A stretch of 64,000 nt of DNA from Eledone cirrhosa (taxonomy: Eukaryota), in NCBI GenBank assembly GCA_964016885.1, contig OZ024752.1:29946001-30010000 (forward strand). The letters run 5' to 3'. Position numbers and translations under genes: made by a program. Position 1 is the first letter of the stretch. Each line of letters opens with the position of its first letter. Positions 1-15,000 of this stretch are shown here, piece after piece. The notes under the pieces are model-generated. The model was not told the DNA's origin. It saw nothing but the letters and a program-made list of their open reading frames with translations, and ran no database searches.

Positions 1-3000
1 GATGTGGGATGTGTGGTCACCGTAATAGATTGGCAGAGATGGTTATGTTGTAGATGTGGGGTGTTTGGTCACTGTAATAGATTGCCAGAGATGGTAATAT
101 TGTAGATGTGGGATGTGTGGTCACTGTAATAGATTGGCAGAGATGGTAATGTTGTAGATGTGGGGTGTGTGGTCACTGTAATAGATTGCCAGAGATGGTA
201 ATATTGTAGATGTGGTATGTGAAGTCACTGTAATAGGTTGCCAGAGATGGTAATATTGTAGATGTGGGATGTGTGGTCACCGTAATAGATTGCCAGAGAT
301 GGTAATATTGTAGATGTGGGATGTGTGGTCACTGTAATAGATTGGCAGAGATGGTAATGTTGTAGATGTGGGATGTGTGGTCACTGTAATAGATTGCCAG
401 AGATGGTAATGTTGTAGATGTGGGATGTGTGGTCACTGTAATATATTGCCAGAGATGGTAATATTGTAGATGTGGGATGTGTGGTCACTGTAATAGATTG
501 CCAGAGATGGTAATGTTGTAGATGTGGGATGTGAGGTCACTGTAATAGATTGGCAGAGATGGTAATATTGTAGATGTGGGATGTGTGGTCACTGTAATAG
601 ATTGCCAGAGATGGTAATGTTGTAGATGTGGGATGTGTGGTCACTGTAATAGATTGGCAGAGATGGTAATATTGTAGATGTGGGATGTGTGGTCACTGTA
701 ATAGATTGCCAGAGATGGTAATGTTGTAGATGTGGGATGTGTGGTCACTATAATAGATTGGCAGAGGTGGTAATATTGTAGATATGGGATGTGTGGTCAC
801 TGTAATAGATTGCCAGAGATGGTAATGTTGTAGATGTGGGATGTGTGGTCACTGTAATAGATTGGCAGAGATGGTAATGTTGTAGATGTGGGATGTGAGG
901 TCACTGTAATAGATTGGTAGAGATGGTAATATTGTAGATGTGGGATGTGAGGTCACTGTAATAGATTGGTAGAGATGGTAATATTGTAGATGTGGGATGT
1001 GAGGTCACTGTAATAGATTGGTAGAGATGGTAATATTGTAGATGTGGGATGTGTGGTCACTGTAATAGATTGGCAGAGATGGTAATATTGTAGATGTGGG
1101 ATGTGTGGTCACTGTAATAGATTGCCAAAGATGGTAATGTTGTAGGTGTGGGATGTTTGGTCACTGTAATACATTGGCAAAGATGGTAATATTGTAGGTG
1201 TAGGATGTGTGGTCACCGTAATAGATTACCAGAGATGGTAATATTGTAGATGTGGGATGTGTGGTCACTGTAATAGATTGCCAGAGATGGTAATATTGTA
1301 GATGTGGGATGTGTGGTCACTGTAATAGATTGCCAGAGATGGTAATATCGTAGATGTGGGATGTGTGGTCACTGTAATAGATTGCCAGCGATGGTAATGT
1401 TGTAGATGTGGGATGTGTGGCCACTGTAATAGATTGCCAGAGATGGTAATATTGTAGATGTGGGATGTTTGGTCACAGTAATAGGTTGCCAGAGATGGTA
1501 ATATTGTAGATGTGGGATGTGTGGTCACTGTAATAGATTGCCAGAGATGGTAATGTTGTAGATGTGGGATGTGTGGTCACTGTAATAGATTGCCAGAGAT
1601 GGTAATGTTGTAGATGTGGGATCTGTGGCCACTGTAATAGATTGCCAGAGATGGTAATATTGTAGATGTGGGATGTGTGGTCACTGTAATAGATTGCCAG
1701 AGATGGTAATGTTGTAGATGTGGGATGTGAGGTCACTGTAATAGATTGGTAGAGATGGTAATATTGTAGATGTGGGATGTGTGGTCACTGTAATAGATTG
1801 GCAGAGATGGTAATATTGTAGATGTGGGATGTGTGGTCACTGTAATAGATTGCCAGAGATGGTAATGTTGTAGGTGTGGGATGTGTGGTCACTGTAATAG
1901 ATTGGCAAAGATGGTAATATTGTAGATGTAGGATGTGTGGTCACCGTAATAGATTGCCAGAGATGGTAATATTGTAGATGTGGGATGTGTGGTCACTGTA
2001 ATAGATTGCCAGAGATGGTAATATTGTAGATGTGGGATGTGTGGTCACTGTAATAGATTGCCAGAGATGGTAATATTGTAGATGTGGGATGTGTGGTCAC
2101 TGTAATAGATTGCCAGAGATGGTAATGTTGTAGATGTGGGATGTGTGGCCACTGTAATAGATTGCCAGAGATGGTAATATTGTAGATGTGGGATGTTTGG
2201 TCACAGTAATAGGTTGCCAGAGATGGTAATATTGTAGATGTGGGATGTGTGGTCACTGTAATAGATTGCCAGAGATGGTAATGTTGTAGATATGGGATGT
2301 GTGGTCACTGTAATAGATTGCCAGAGATGGTAATGTTGTAGATGTGGGATGTGTGGCCACTGTAATAGATTGTCAGAGATGGTAATATTGTAGATGTGGG
2401 ATGTGTGGTCACTGTAATAGATTGCCAGAGATGGTAATGTTGTAGATGTGGGATGTGTGGTCACTGTAATAGATTGCCAGAGATGGTAATATTGTAGATG
2501 TGGGATGTGTGGTCACTGTAATAGATTGCCAGAGATGGTAATATTGTAGATGTGGGATGTGTGGTCACTGTAATAGATTGCCAGAGATGGGAATGTTGTA
2601 GATGTGGGATGTGTGGTCACTGTAATAGATTGCCAGAGATGGTAATATTGTAGATGTGGGATGTGTGGTCACCGTAATAGATTGGCAGAGATGGTAATAT
2701 TGTAGATGTGGGATGTGTGGTCACCGTAAAAGATTGGCAGAGATGGTAATGGTGTAGACGTGGGATGTGTGGTCACTGTAATAGATTGGCAGAGATGGTA
2801 ATATTGTAGATGTGGGATGTGTGGTCACAGTAATAGATTGCCAGAGATGGTAATATGTAGATGTGGGATGTGTGGTCACTGTAATAGATTGGCAGAGATG
2901 GTAATGTTGTAGATGTGGGATGTGTGGTCACTGTAATAGATTGGAAGAGATGGTAATATTGTAGATGTGGGATGTGTGGTCACTTTAATAGGTTGCCAGA

Positions 3001-6000
3001 GATGGTAATATTGTAGATGTGGGATGTGTGGTCACCGTAATAGGTTGCCAGAGATGGTAATATTGTAGATGTGGGATGTGTGGTCACTGTAATAGATTGG
3101 CAGAGATGGTAATGTTGTAGATGTGGGATGTGTGGTCACTTTAATAGGTTGCCACACATGGTAATATTGTAGATGTGGGATGTGTGGTCACTGTAATAGA
3201 TTGGTAGAGATGGTAATGTTGTAGATGTGGGATGTGAGGTCACTGTAATAGATTGGTAGAGATGGTAATATTGTAGATGTGGGATGTGAGGTCACTGTAA
3301 TAGATTGGTAGAGATGGTAATATTGTAGATGTGGGATGTGAGGTCACTGTAATAGATTGGCAGAGATGGTAATGTTGTAGATGTGGGATGTGTGGTCACC
3401 GTAATAGATTGCCAGAGATGGTAATATTGTAGATGTGGGATGTGTGGTCACTGTAATAGGTTGCCAGAGATGGTAATATTGTAGATGTGGGATGTGTGGT
3501 CACCGTAATAGATTGCCAGAGATGGTAATATTGTAGATGTGGGATGTGTGGTCACTGTAATAGATTGGCAGAGATGGTAATCTTGTAGATGTGGGATGTG
3601 TGGTCACTTTAATAGGTTGCCAGAGATGGTAATATTGTAGATGTGGGATGTGTGGTCACCGTAATAGTTTTCCAGAGATGGTAATATTGTAGATGTGGGA
3701 TGTGTGGTCACTGTAATAGATTGCCAGAGATGGTAATATTGCAGATGAGGGATGTGTGGTCACTGTAATAGATTGGCAGAGATGGTAATATTGTAGATGT
3801 GGGATGTGTGGTCACTGTAATAGATTGCCAGAGATGGTAATATTGTAGATGTGGGATGTGTGGTCATTGTAATAGATTGGCAGAGATGGTAATATTGTAG
3901 ATGTGGGATGTAAGGTCTCTGTAATAGATTGGCAGAGATGGTTATGTTGTAGATGTGGGATGTGTGGTCACCGTAATAGATTGCCAGAGATGGTAATATT
4001 GTAGATGTGGGATGTGTGGTCACCGTAATAGATTGGCAGAGATGGTAATGTTGTAGATGTGGGATGTGTGGTCACTGTAATAGATTGCCAGAGATGGTAA
4101 TATTGTAGATGTGGGATGTGTGTTCACTTTAATAGGTTGCCAGAGATGGTAATATTGTAGATGTGGGATGTGTGGTCACCGTAATAGGTTGCCAGAGATG
4201 GTAATATTGTAGGTGTGGGATGTGTGGTCACTGTAATAGATTGGCAGAGATGGTAATGTTGTAGATGTAGGATGTGTGGTCACTGTAATAGATTGCCAGA
4301 GATGGTAATGTTGTAGATGTGGGATGTGAGGTCACTGTAATAGGTTGGCAGAGATGGTAATATTGTAGATGTGGGATGTGTGGTCACCGTAATAGATTGC
4401 CAGAGATGGTAATATTGTAGATGTGGGATGTGTGGTCACTGTAATAGATTGGCAGAGATGGTAATATTGCAGATGAGGGATGTATGGTCACTGTAATAGA
4501 TTGCCAGAGATGGTAATGTTGTAGATGTGGGATGTGTGGTCACTGTAATAGATTGCCAGAGATGGTAATATTGTAGATGTGGGATGTGTGGTCACTGTAA
4601 TAGATTGCCAGAGATGGTAATGTTGTAGATGTGGGATGTTTGGTCACTGTAATAGATTGCCAGTGATGGTAATATTGTAGATGTGGGATGTGTGGTCACT
4701 GTAATAGATTGGCAGAGATGGTAATGTTGTAGATGTGGGATGTGAGGTCACTGTAATAGATTGGCAGAGATGGGAACGTTGTAGATGTGGCATGTGAGGT
4801 GACTGTAATAGATTGCCAGAGATGGTAATGTTGTAGATGTGGGATGTGTGGTCACTTTAATAGATTGGCAGAGATGGTAATGTTGTAGATGTAGGATGTG
4901 TGGTCACTGTAATAGATTGCCAGAGATGGTAATGTTGTAGATGTGGGATGTGTGGTCACTGTAATAGATTGGCAGAGATGTTAATATTGTAGATGTGGGA
5001 TGTGTGGTCACTGTAATAGATTGGCAGAGATGGTAATGTTGTAGATGTAGGATGTGCGGTCACTGTAATAGATTGCCAGAGATGGTAACGTTGTAGATGT
5101 GGGATGTGTGGTCACTGTAATAGATTGGCAGAGATGGTAATATTGTAGATGTGGTATGTGTGGTCACTGTAATAGATTGGCAGAGATGGTAATATTGTAG
5201 GTGTGGGATGTGTGGTCACTGTAATAGATTGGCAGAGATGGTAATGTTGCAGATGTAGGATGTGAGGTCACTGTAATAGGTTGCCAGAGATGGTAATATT
5301 GTAGATGTGGGATGTGAGGTCACTGTAATAGATTGGCAGAGATGGTAATATTGTAGATGTGGGATGTGTGGTCACTGTAATAGATTGCCAGAGATGGTAA
5401 TGTTGTAGATGTGGGATGTGAGGTCACTGTAATAGGTTGCCAGAGATGGTAATATTGTAGATGTGGGATGTGAGGTCACTGTAATAGATTGGCAGAGATG
5501 GTAATATTGTAGATGTGGGATGTGTGATCACTGTAATAGATTGGCAGAGATGGTAATATTGCAGATGTGGGATGTGAGGTCACTGTAATAGATTGGCAGA
5601 GATGGTAATGTTGTAGATGTAGGATGTGTGGTCACTGTAATAGATTGCCAGAGATGGTAATATTGTAGATGTGGGATGTGAGGTCACTGTAATAGATTGG
5701 CAGAGATGGTAATATTGTAGATGTGGGATGTGTGGTCACAGTAATAGATTGCCAGAGATGGTAATGTTGTAGATGTGGGATGTTTAGCCACTGTAATAGA
5801 ATGGCAGAGATGGTAATGTTGCAGATGTAGGATGTGTGGTCACTGTAATAGATTGGCAGAGATGGTAATGTTGTAGATGTGGGATGTGTGGTCACTGTAA
5901 TAGATTGGCAGAGATGGTAATATTGTAGATGTGGGATGTGTGGTCACTGTAATAGATTGGCAGAGATGGTAATGTTGTAGATGTGGGATGTGTGGTCACT

Positions 6001-9000
6001 GTAATAGATTGGCAGAGATGGTAATATTGTAGATGTGGGATGTGTGGTCACTGTAATAGATTGGCAGAGATGGTAATGTTGTAGATGTGGGATGTGTGGT
6101 CACTGTAATAGATTGGCAGAGATGGTAATATTGTAGATGTGGTATGTGTGGTCACTGTAATAGATTATCAGAGATGGTAATATTGTAGATGTGGGATGTG
6201 TGGTCACTGTAATAGATTGGCAGAGATGGTAATGTAGCAGATGTAGGATGTGAGGTCACTGTAATAGGTTGCCAGAGATGGTAATATTGTAGATGTGGGA
6301 TGTGTGGTCACTGTAATAGATTGGCAGAGATGGTAATGTTGCAGATGTAGGATGTGAGGTCACTGTAATAGGTTGCCAGAGATGGTAATATTGTAGATGT
6401 GGGATGTGAGGTCACTGTAATAGATTGGCAGAGATGGTAATGTTGTAGATGTGGGATGTGTGGTCACTGTAATAGATTGGCAGAGATGGTAATGTTGTAG
6501 ATGTGGGATGTGTGGTCACTGTAATAGATTGGCAGAGATGGTAATGTTGCAGATGTAGGATGTGAGGTCACTGTAATAGGTTGCCAGAGATGGTAATGTT
6601 GTAGATGTGGGATGTGTGGTCACTTTAATAGATTGGCAGAGATGGTAATGTTGTAGATGTAGGATGTGTGGTCACTGTAATAGATTGCCAGAGATGGTAA
6701 TGTTGTAGATGTGGGATGTGTGGTCACTGTAATAGATTGGCAGAGATGTTAATATTGTAGATGTGGGATGTGTGGTCACTGTAATAGATTGGCAGAGATG
6801 GTAATGTTGTAGATGTAGGATGTGCGGTCACTGTAATAGATTGCCAGAGATGGTAACGTTGTAGATGTGGGATGTGTGGTCACTGTAATAGATTGGCAGA
6901 GATGGTAATATTGTAGATGTGGTATGTGTGGTAACTGTAATAGATTGGCAGAGATGGTAATATTGTAGGTGTGGGATGTGTGGTCACTGTAATAGATTGG
7001 CAGAGATGGTAATGTTGCAGATGTAGGATGTGAGGTCACTGTAATAGGTTGCCAGAGATGGTAATATTGTAGATGTGGGATGTGAGGTCACTGTAATAGA
7101 TTGGCAGAGATGGTAATATTGTAGATGTGGGATGTGTGGTCACTGTAATAGATTGCCAGAGATGGTAATGTTGTAGATGTGGGATGTGAGGTCACTGTAA
7201 TAGGTTGCCAGAGATGGTAATATTGTAGATGTGGGATGTGAGGTCACTGTAATAGATTGGCAGAGATGGTAATATTGTAGATGTGGGATGTGTGATCACT
7301 GTAATAGATTGGCAGAGATGGTAATATTGCAGATGTGGGATGTGAGGTCACTGTAATAGATTGGCAGAGATGGTAATGTTGTAGATGTAGGATGTGTGGT
7401 CACTGTAATAGATTGCCAGAGATGGTAATATTGTAGATGTGGGATGTGAGGTCACTGTAATAGATTGGCAGAGATGGTAATATTGTAGATGTGGGATGTG
7501 TGGTCACAGTAATAGATTGCCAGAGATGGTAATGTTGTAGATGTGGGATGTTTAGCCACTGTAATAGAATGGCAGAGATGGTAATGTTGCAGATGTAGGA
7601 TGTGTGGTCACTGTAATAGATTGGCAGAGATGGTAATGTTGTAGATGTGGGATGTGTGGTCACTGTAATAGATTGGCAGAGATGGTAATATTGTAGATGT
7701 GGGATGTGTGGTCACTGTAATAGATTGGCAGAGATGGTAATGTTGTAGATGTGGGATGTGTGGTCACTGTAATAGATTGGCAGAGATGGTAATATTGTAG
7801 ATGTGGGATGTGTGGTCACTGTAATAGATTGGCAGAGATGGTAATGTTGTAGATGTGGGATGTGTGGTCACTGTAATAGATTGGCAGAGATGGTAATATT
7901 GTAGATGTGGGATGTGTGGTCACTGTAATAGATTGGCAGAGATGGTAATGTTGTAGATGTGGGATGTGTGGTCACTGTAATAGATTGGCAGAGATGGTAA
8001 TATTGTAGATGTGGGATGTGTGGTCACTGTAATAGATTGGCAGAGATGGTAATGTTGTAGATGTGGGATGTGTGGTCACTGTAATAGATTGGCAGAGATG
8101 GTAATATTGTAGATGTGGGATGTGTGGTCACTGTAATAGATTGGCAGAGATGGTAATGTTGTAGATGTGGGATGTGTGGTCACTGTAATAGATTGGCAGA
8201 GATGGTAATATTGTAGATGTGGTATGTGTGGTCACTGTAATAGATTATCAGAGATGGTAATATTGTAGATGTGGGATGTGTGGTCACTGTAATAGATTGG
8301 CAGAGATGGTAATGTAGCAGATGTAGGATGTGAGGTCACTGTAATAGGTTGCCAGAGATGGTAATATTGTAGATGTGGGATGTGTGGTCACTGTAATAGA
8401 TTGGCAGAGATGGTAATGTTGCAGATGTAGGATGTGAGGTCACTGTAATAGGTTGCCAGAGATGGTAATATTGTAGATGTGGGATGTGAGGTCACTGTAA
8501 TAGATTGGCAGAGATGGTAATGTTGTAGATGTGGGATGTGTGGTCACTGTAATAGATTGGCAGAGATGGTAATGTTGTAGATGTGGGATGTGTGGTCACT
8601 GTAATAGATTGGCAGAGATGGTAATGTTGCAGATGTAGGATGTGAGGTCACTGTAATAGGTTGCCAGAGATGGTAATATTGTAGATGTGGGATGTGTGGT
8701 CACTGTAATAGATTGGCAGAGATGGTAATGTTGCAGATGTAGGATGTGAGGTCACTGTAATAGGTTGCCAGAGATGGTAATATTGTAGATGTGGGATGTG
8801 AGGTCACTGTAATAGATTGGCAGAGATGGTAATGTTGTAGATGTGGGATGTGTGGTCACTGTAATAGATTGCCAGAGATGGTAATATTGTAGATGTGGGA
8901 TGTGTGGTCACTGTAATAGATTGCCAGAGATGGTAATATTGTAGATGTGGGATGTTTGGTCACTGTAATAGATTGGTAGAGATGGTAATGTTGTAGATGT

Positions 9001-12000
9001 GGGATGTGAGGTCACTGTAATAGATTGGTAGAGATGGTAATATTGTAGATGTGGGATGTGAGGTCACTGTAATAGATTGGTAGAGATGGTAATATTGTAG
9101 ATGTGGGATGTGAGGTCACTGTAATAGATTGGCAGAGATGGTAATGTTGTAGATGTGGGATGTGTGGTCACCGTAATAGATTGCCAGAGATGGTAATATT
9201 GTAGATGTGGGATGTGTGGTCACTGTAATAGGTTGCCAGAGATGGTAATATTGTAGATGTGGGATGTGTGGTCACCGTAATAGATTGCCAGAGATGGTAA
9301 TATTGTAGATGTGGGATGTGTGGTCACTGTAATAGATTGGCAGAGATGGTAATCTTGTAGATGTGGGATGTGTGGTCACTTTAATAGGTTGCCAGAGATG
9401 GTAATATTGTAGATGTGGGATGTGTGGTCACCGTAATAGTTTTCCAGAGATGGTAATATTGTAGATGTGGGATGTGTGGTCACTGTAATAGATTGCCAGA
9501 GATGGTAATATTGCAGATGAGGGATGTGTGGTCACTGTAATAGATTGGCAGAGATGGTAATATTGTAGATGTGGGATGTGTGGTCACTGTAATAGATTGC
9601 CAGAGATGGTAATATTGTAGATGTGGGTTGTGTGGTCACTTTAATAGGTTGCCAGAGATGGTAATATTGTAGATGTGGGATGTGTGGTCACTGTAATAGA
9701 TTGGCAGAGATGGTAATATTGTAGATGTGGGATGTGAGGTCTCTGTAATAGATTGGCAGAGATGGTTATGTTGTAGATGTGGGATGTGTGGTCACCGTAA
9801 TAGATTGCCAGAGATGGTAATATTGTAGATGTGGGATGTGTGGTCACCGTAATAGATTGGCAGAGATGGTAATGTTGTAGATGTGGGATGTGTGGTCACT
9901 GTAATAGATTGCCAGAGATGGTAATATTGTAGATGTGGGATGTGTGTTCACTTTAATAGGTTGCCAGAGATGGTAATATTGTAGATGTGGGATGTGTGGT
10001 CACCGTAATAGGTTGCCAGAGATGGTAATATTGTAGGTGTGGGATGTGTGGTCACTGTAATAGATTGGCAGAGATGGTAATGTTGTAGATGTAGGATGTG
10101 TGGTCACTGTAATAGATTGCCAGAGATGGTAATGTTGTAGATGTGGGATGTGAGGTCACTGTAATAGGTTGGCAGAGATGGTAATATTGTAGATGTGGGA
10201 TGTGTGGTCACCGTAATAGATTGCCAGAGATGGTAATATTGTAGATGTGGGATGTGTGGTCACTGTAATAGATTGGCAGAGATGGTAATATTGCAGATGA
10301 GGGATGTATGGTCACTGTAATAGATTGCCAGAGATGGTAATGTTGTAGATGTGGGATGTGTGGTCACTGTAATAGATTGCCAGAGATGGTAATATTGTAG
10401 ATGTGGGATGTGTGGTCACTGTAATAGATTGCCAGAGATGGTAATGTTGTAGATGTGGGATGTGTGGTCACTGTAATAGATTGGCAGAGATGGTAATATT
10501 GTAGATGTGGTATGTGTGGTCACTGTAATAGATTGGCAGAGATGGTAATATTGTAGGTGTGGGATGTGTGGTCACTGTAATAGATTGGCAGAGATGGTAA
10601 TGTTGCAGATGTAGGATGTGTGGTCACTGTAATAGATTGCCAGAGATGGTAATATTGTAGATGTGGGATGTGAGGTCACTGTAATAGATTGGCAGAGATG
10701 GTAATATTGTAGATGTGGGATGTGTGGTCACAGTAATAGATTGCCAGAGATGGTAATGTTGTAGATGTGGGATGTTTAGCCACTGTAATAGAATGGCAGA
10801 GATGGTAATGTTGCAGATGTAGGATGTGTGGTCACTGTAATAGATTGGCAGAGATGGTAATGTTGTAGATGTGGGATGTGTGGTCACTGTAATAGATTGG
10901 CAGAGATGGTAATATTGTAGATGTGGGATGTGTGGTCACTGTAATAGATTGGCAGAGATGGTAATGTTGTAGATGTGGGATGTGTGGTCACTGTAATAGA
11001 TTGGCAGAGATGGTAATATTGTAGATGTGGGATGTGTGGTCACTGTAATAGATTGGCAGAGATGGTAATGTTGTAGATGTGGGATGTGTGGTCACTGTAA
11101 TAGATTGGCAGAGATGGTAATATTGTAGATGTGGTATGTGTGGTCACTGTAATAGATTATCAGAGATGGTAATATTGTAGATGTGGGATGTGTGGTCACT
11201 GTAATAGATTGGCAGAGATGGTAATGTAGCAGATGTAGGATGTGAGGTCACTGTAATAGGTTGCCAGAGATGGTAATATTGTAGATGTGGGATGTGTGGT
11301 CACTGTAATAGATTGGCAGAGATGGTAATGTTGCAGATGTAGGATGTGAGGTCACTGTAATAGGTTGCCAGAGATGGTAATATTGTAGATGTGGGATGTG
11401 AGGTCACTGTAATAGATTGGCAGAGATGGTAATGTTGTAGATGTGGGATGTGTGGTCACTGTAATAGATTGGCAGAGATGGTAATGTTGTAGATGTGGGA
11501 TGTGTGGTCACTGTAATAGATTGGCAGAGATGGTAATGTTGCAGATGTAGGATGTGAGGTCACTGTAATAGGTTGCCAGAGATGGTAATATTGTAGATGT
11601 GGGATGTGTGGTCACTGTAATAGATTGGCAGAGATGGTAATGTTGCAGATGTAGGATGTGAGGTCACTGTAATAGGTTGCCAGAGATGGTAATATTGTAG
11701 ATGTGGGATGTGAGGTCACTGTAATAGATTGGCAGAGATGGTAATGTTGTAGATGTGGGATGTGTGGTCACTGTAATAGATTGCCAGAGATGGTAATATT
11801 GTAGATGTGGGATGTGTGGTCACTGTAATAGATTGCCAGAGATGGTAATATTGTAGATGTGGGATGTTTGGTCACTGTAATAGATTGGTAGAGATGGTAA
11901 TGTTGTAGATGTGGGATGTGAGGTCACTGTAATAGATTGGTAGAGATGGTAATATTGTAGATGTGGGATGTGAGGTCACTGTAATAGATTGGTAGAGATG

Positions 12001-15000
12001 GTAATATTGTAGATGTGGGATGTGAGGTCACTGTAATAGATTGGCAGAGATGGTAATGTTGTAGATGTGGGATGTGTGGTCACCGTAATAGATTGCCAGA
12101 GATGGTAATATTGTAGATGTGGGATGTGTGGTCACTGTAATAGGTTGCCAGAGATGGTAATATTGTAGATGTGGGATGTGTGGTCACCGTAATAGATTGC
12201 CAGAGATGGTAATATTGTAGATGTGGGATGTGTGGTCACTGTAATAGATTGGCAGAGATGGTAATCTTGTAGATGTGGGATGTGTGGTCACTTTAATAGG
12301 TTGCCAGAGATGGTAATATTGTAGATGTGGGATGTGTGGTCACCGTAATAGTTTTCCAGAGATGGTAATATTGTAGATGTGGGATGTGTGGTCACTGTAA
12401 TAGATTGCCAGAGATGGTAATATTGCAGATGAGGGATGTGTGGTCACTGTAATAGATTGGCAGAGATGGTAATATTGTAGATGTGGGATGTGTGGTCACT
12501 GTAATAGATTGCCAGAGATGGTAATATTGTAGATGTGGGTTATGTGGTCACTTTAATAGGTTGCCAGAGATGGTAATATTGTAGATGTGGGATGTGTGGT
12601 CACTGTAATAGATTGGCAGAGATGGTAATATTGTAGATGTGGGATGTGAGGTCTCTGTAATAGATTGGCAGAGATGGTTATGTTGTAGATGTGGGATGTG
12701 TGGTCACCGTAATAGATTGCCAGAGATGGTAATATTGTAGATGTGGGATGTGTGGTCACCGTAATAGATTGGCAGAGATGGTAATGTTGTAGATGTGGGA
12801 TGTGTGGTCACTGTAATAGATTGCCAGAGATGGTAATATTGTAGATGTGGGATGTGTGTTCACTTTAATAGGTTGCCAGAGATGGTAATATTGTAGATGT
12901 GGGATGTGTGGTCACCGTAATAGGTTGCCAGAGATGGTAATATTGTAGGTGTGGGATGTGTGGTCACTGTAATAGATTGGCAGAGATGGTAATGTTGTAG
13001 ATGTAGGATGTGTGGTCACTGTAATAGATTGCCAGAGATGGTAATGTTGTAGATGTGGGATGTGAGGTCACTGTAATAGGTTGGCAGAGATGGTAATATT
13101 GTAGATGTGGGATGTGTGGTCACCGTAATAGATTGCCAGAGATGGTAATATTGTAGATGTGGGATGTGTGGTCACTGTAATAGATTGGCAGAGATGGTAA
13201 TATTGCAGATGAGGGATGTATGGTCACTGTAATAGATTGCCAGAGATGGTAATGTTGTAGATGTGGGATGTGTGGTCACTGTAATAGATTGCCAGAGATG
13301 GTAATATTGTAGATGTGGGATGTGTGGTCACTGTAATAGATTGCCAGAGATGGTAATGTTGTAGATGTGGGATGTTTGGTCACTGTAATAGATTGCCAGT
13401 GATGGTAATATTGTAGATGTGGGATGTGTGGTCACTGTAATAGATTGGCAGAGATGGTAATGTTGTAGATGTGGGATGTGAGGTCACTGTAATAGATTGG
13501 CAGAGATGGGAACGTTGTAGATGTGGCATGTGAGGTGACTGTAATAGATTGCCAGAGATGGTAATGTTGTAGATGTGGGATGTGTGGTCACTTTAATAGA
13601 TTGGCAGAGATGGTAATGTTGTAGATGTGGGATGTGTGGTCACTGTAATAGATTGGCAGAGATGTTAATATTGTAGATGTGGGATGTGTGGTCACTGTAA
13701 TAGATTGGCAGAGATGGTAATGTTGTAGATGTAGGATGTGCGGTCACTGTAATAGATTGCCAGAGATGGTAACGTTGTAGATGTGGGATGTGTGGTCACT
13801 GTAATAGATTGGCAGAGATGGTAATATTGTAGATGTGGTATGTGTGGTCACTGTAATAGATTGGCAGAGATGGTAATATTGTAGGTGTGGGATGTGTGGT
13901 CACTGTAATAGATTGGCAGAGATGGTAATGTTGCAGATGTAGGATGTGAGGTCACTGTAATAGGTTGCCAGAGATGGTAATATTGTAGATGTGGGATGTG
14001 AGGTCACTGTAATAGATTGGCAGAGATGGTAATATTGTAGATGTGGGATGTGTGGTCACTGTAATAGATTGCCAGAGATGGTAATGTTGTAGATGTGGGA
14101 TGTGAGGTCACTGTAATAGGTTGCCAGAGATGGTAATATTGTAGATGTGGGATGTGAGGTCACTGTAATAGATTGGCAGAGATGGTAATATTGTAGATGT
14201 GGGATGTGTGATCACTGTAATAGATTGGCAGAGATGGTAATATTGCAGATGTGGGATGTGAGGTCACTGTAATAGATTGGCAGAGATGGTAATGTTGTAG
14301 ATGTAGGATGTGTGGTCACTGTAATAGATTGCCAGAGATGGTAATATTGTAGATGTGGGATGTGTGGTCACAGTAATAGATTGCCAGAGATGGTAATGTT
14401 GTAGATGTGGGATGTTTAGCCACTGTAACAGAATGGCAGAGATGGTAATGTTGCAGATGTAGGATGTGTGGTCACTGTAATAGATTGGCAGAGATGGTAA
14501 TGTTGTAGATGTGGGATGTGTGGTCACTGTAATAGATTGGCAGAGATGGTAATATTGTAGATGTGGGATGTGTGGTCACTGTAATAGATTGGCAGAGATG
14601 GTAATGTTGTAGATGTGGGATGTGTGGTCACTGTAATAGATTGGCAGAGATGGTAATATTGTAGATGTGGGATGTGTGGTCACTGTAATGGATTGGCAGA
14701 GATGGTAATGTTGTAGATGTGGGATGTGTGGTCACTGTAATAGATTGGCAGAGATGGTAATATTGTAGATGTGGTATGTGGGGTCACTGTAATAGATTAT
14801 CAGAGATGGTAATATTGTAGATGTGGGATGTGTGGTCACTGTAATAGATTGGCAGAGATTGTAATGTTGCAGATGTAGGATGTGAGGTCACTGTAATAGG
14901 TTGCCAGAGATGGTAATATTGTAGATGTGGGATGTGTGGTCACTGTAATAGATTGGCAGAGATGGTAATGTTGCAGATGTAGGATGTGAGGTCACTGTAA

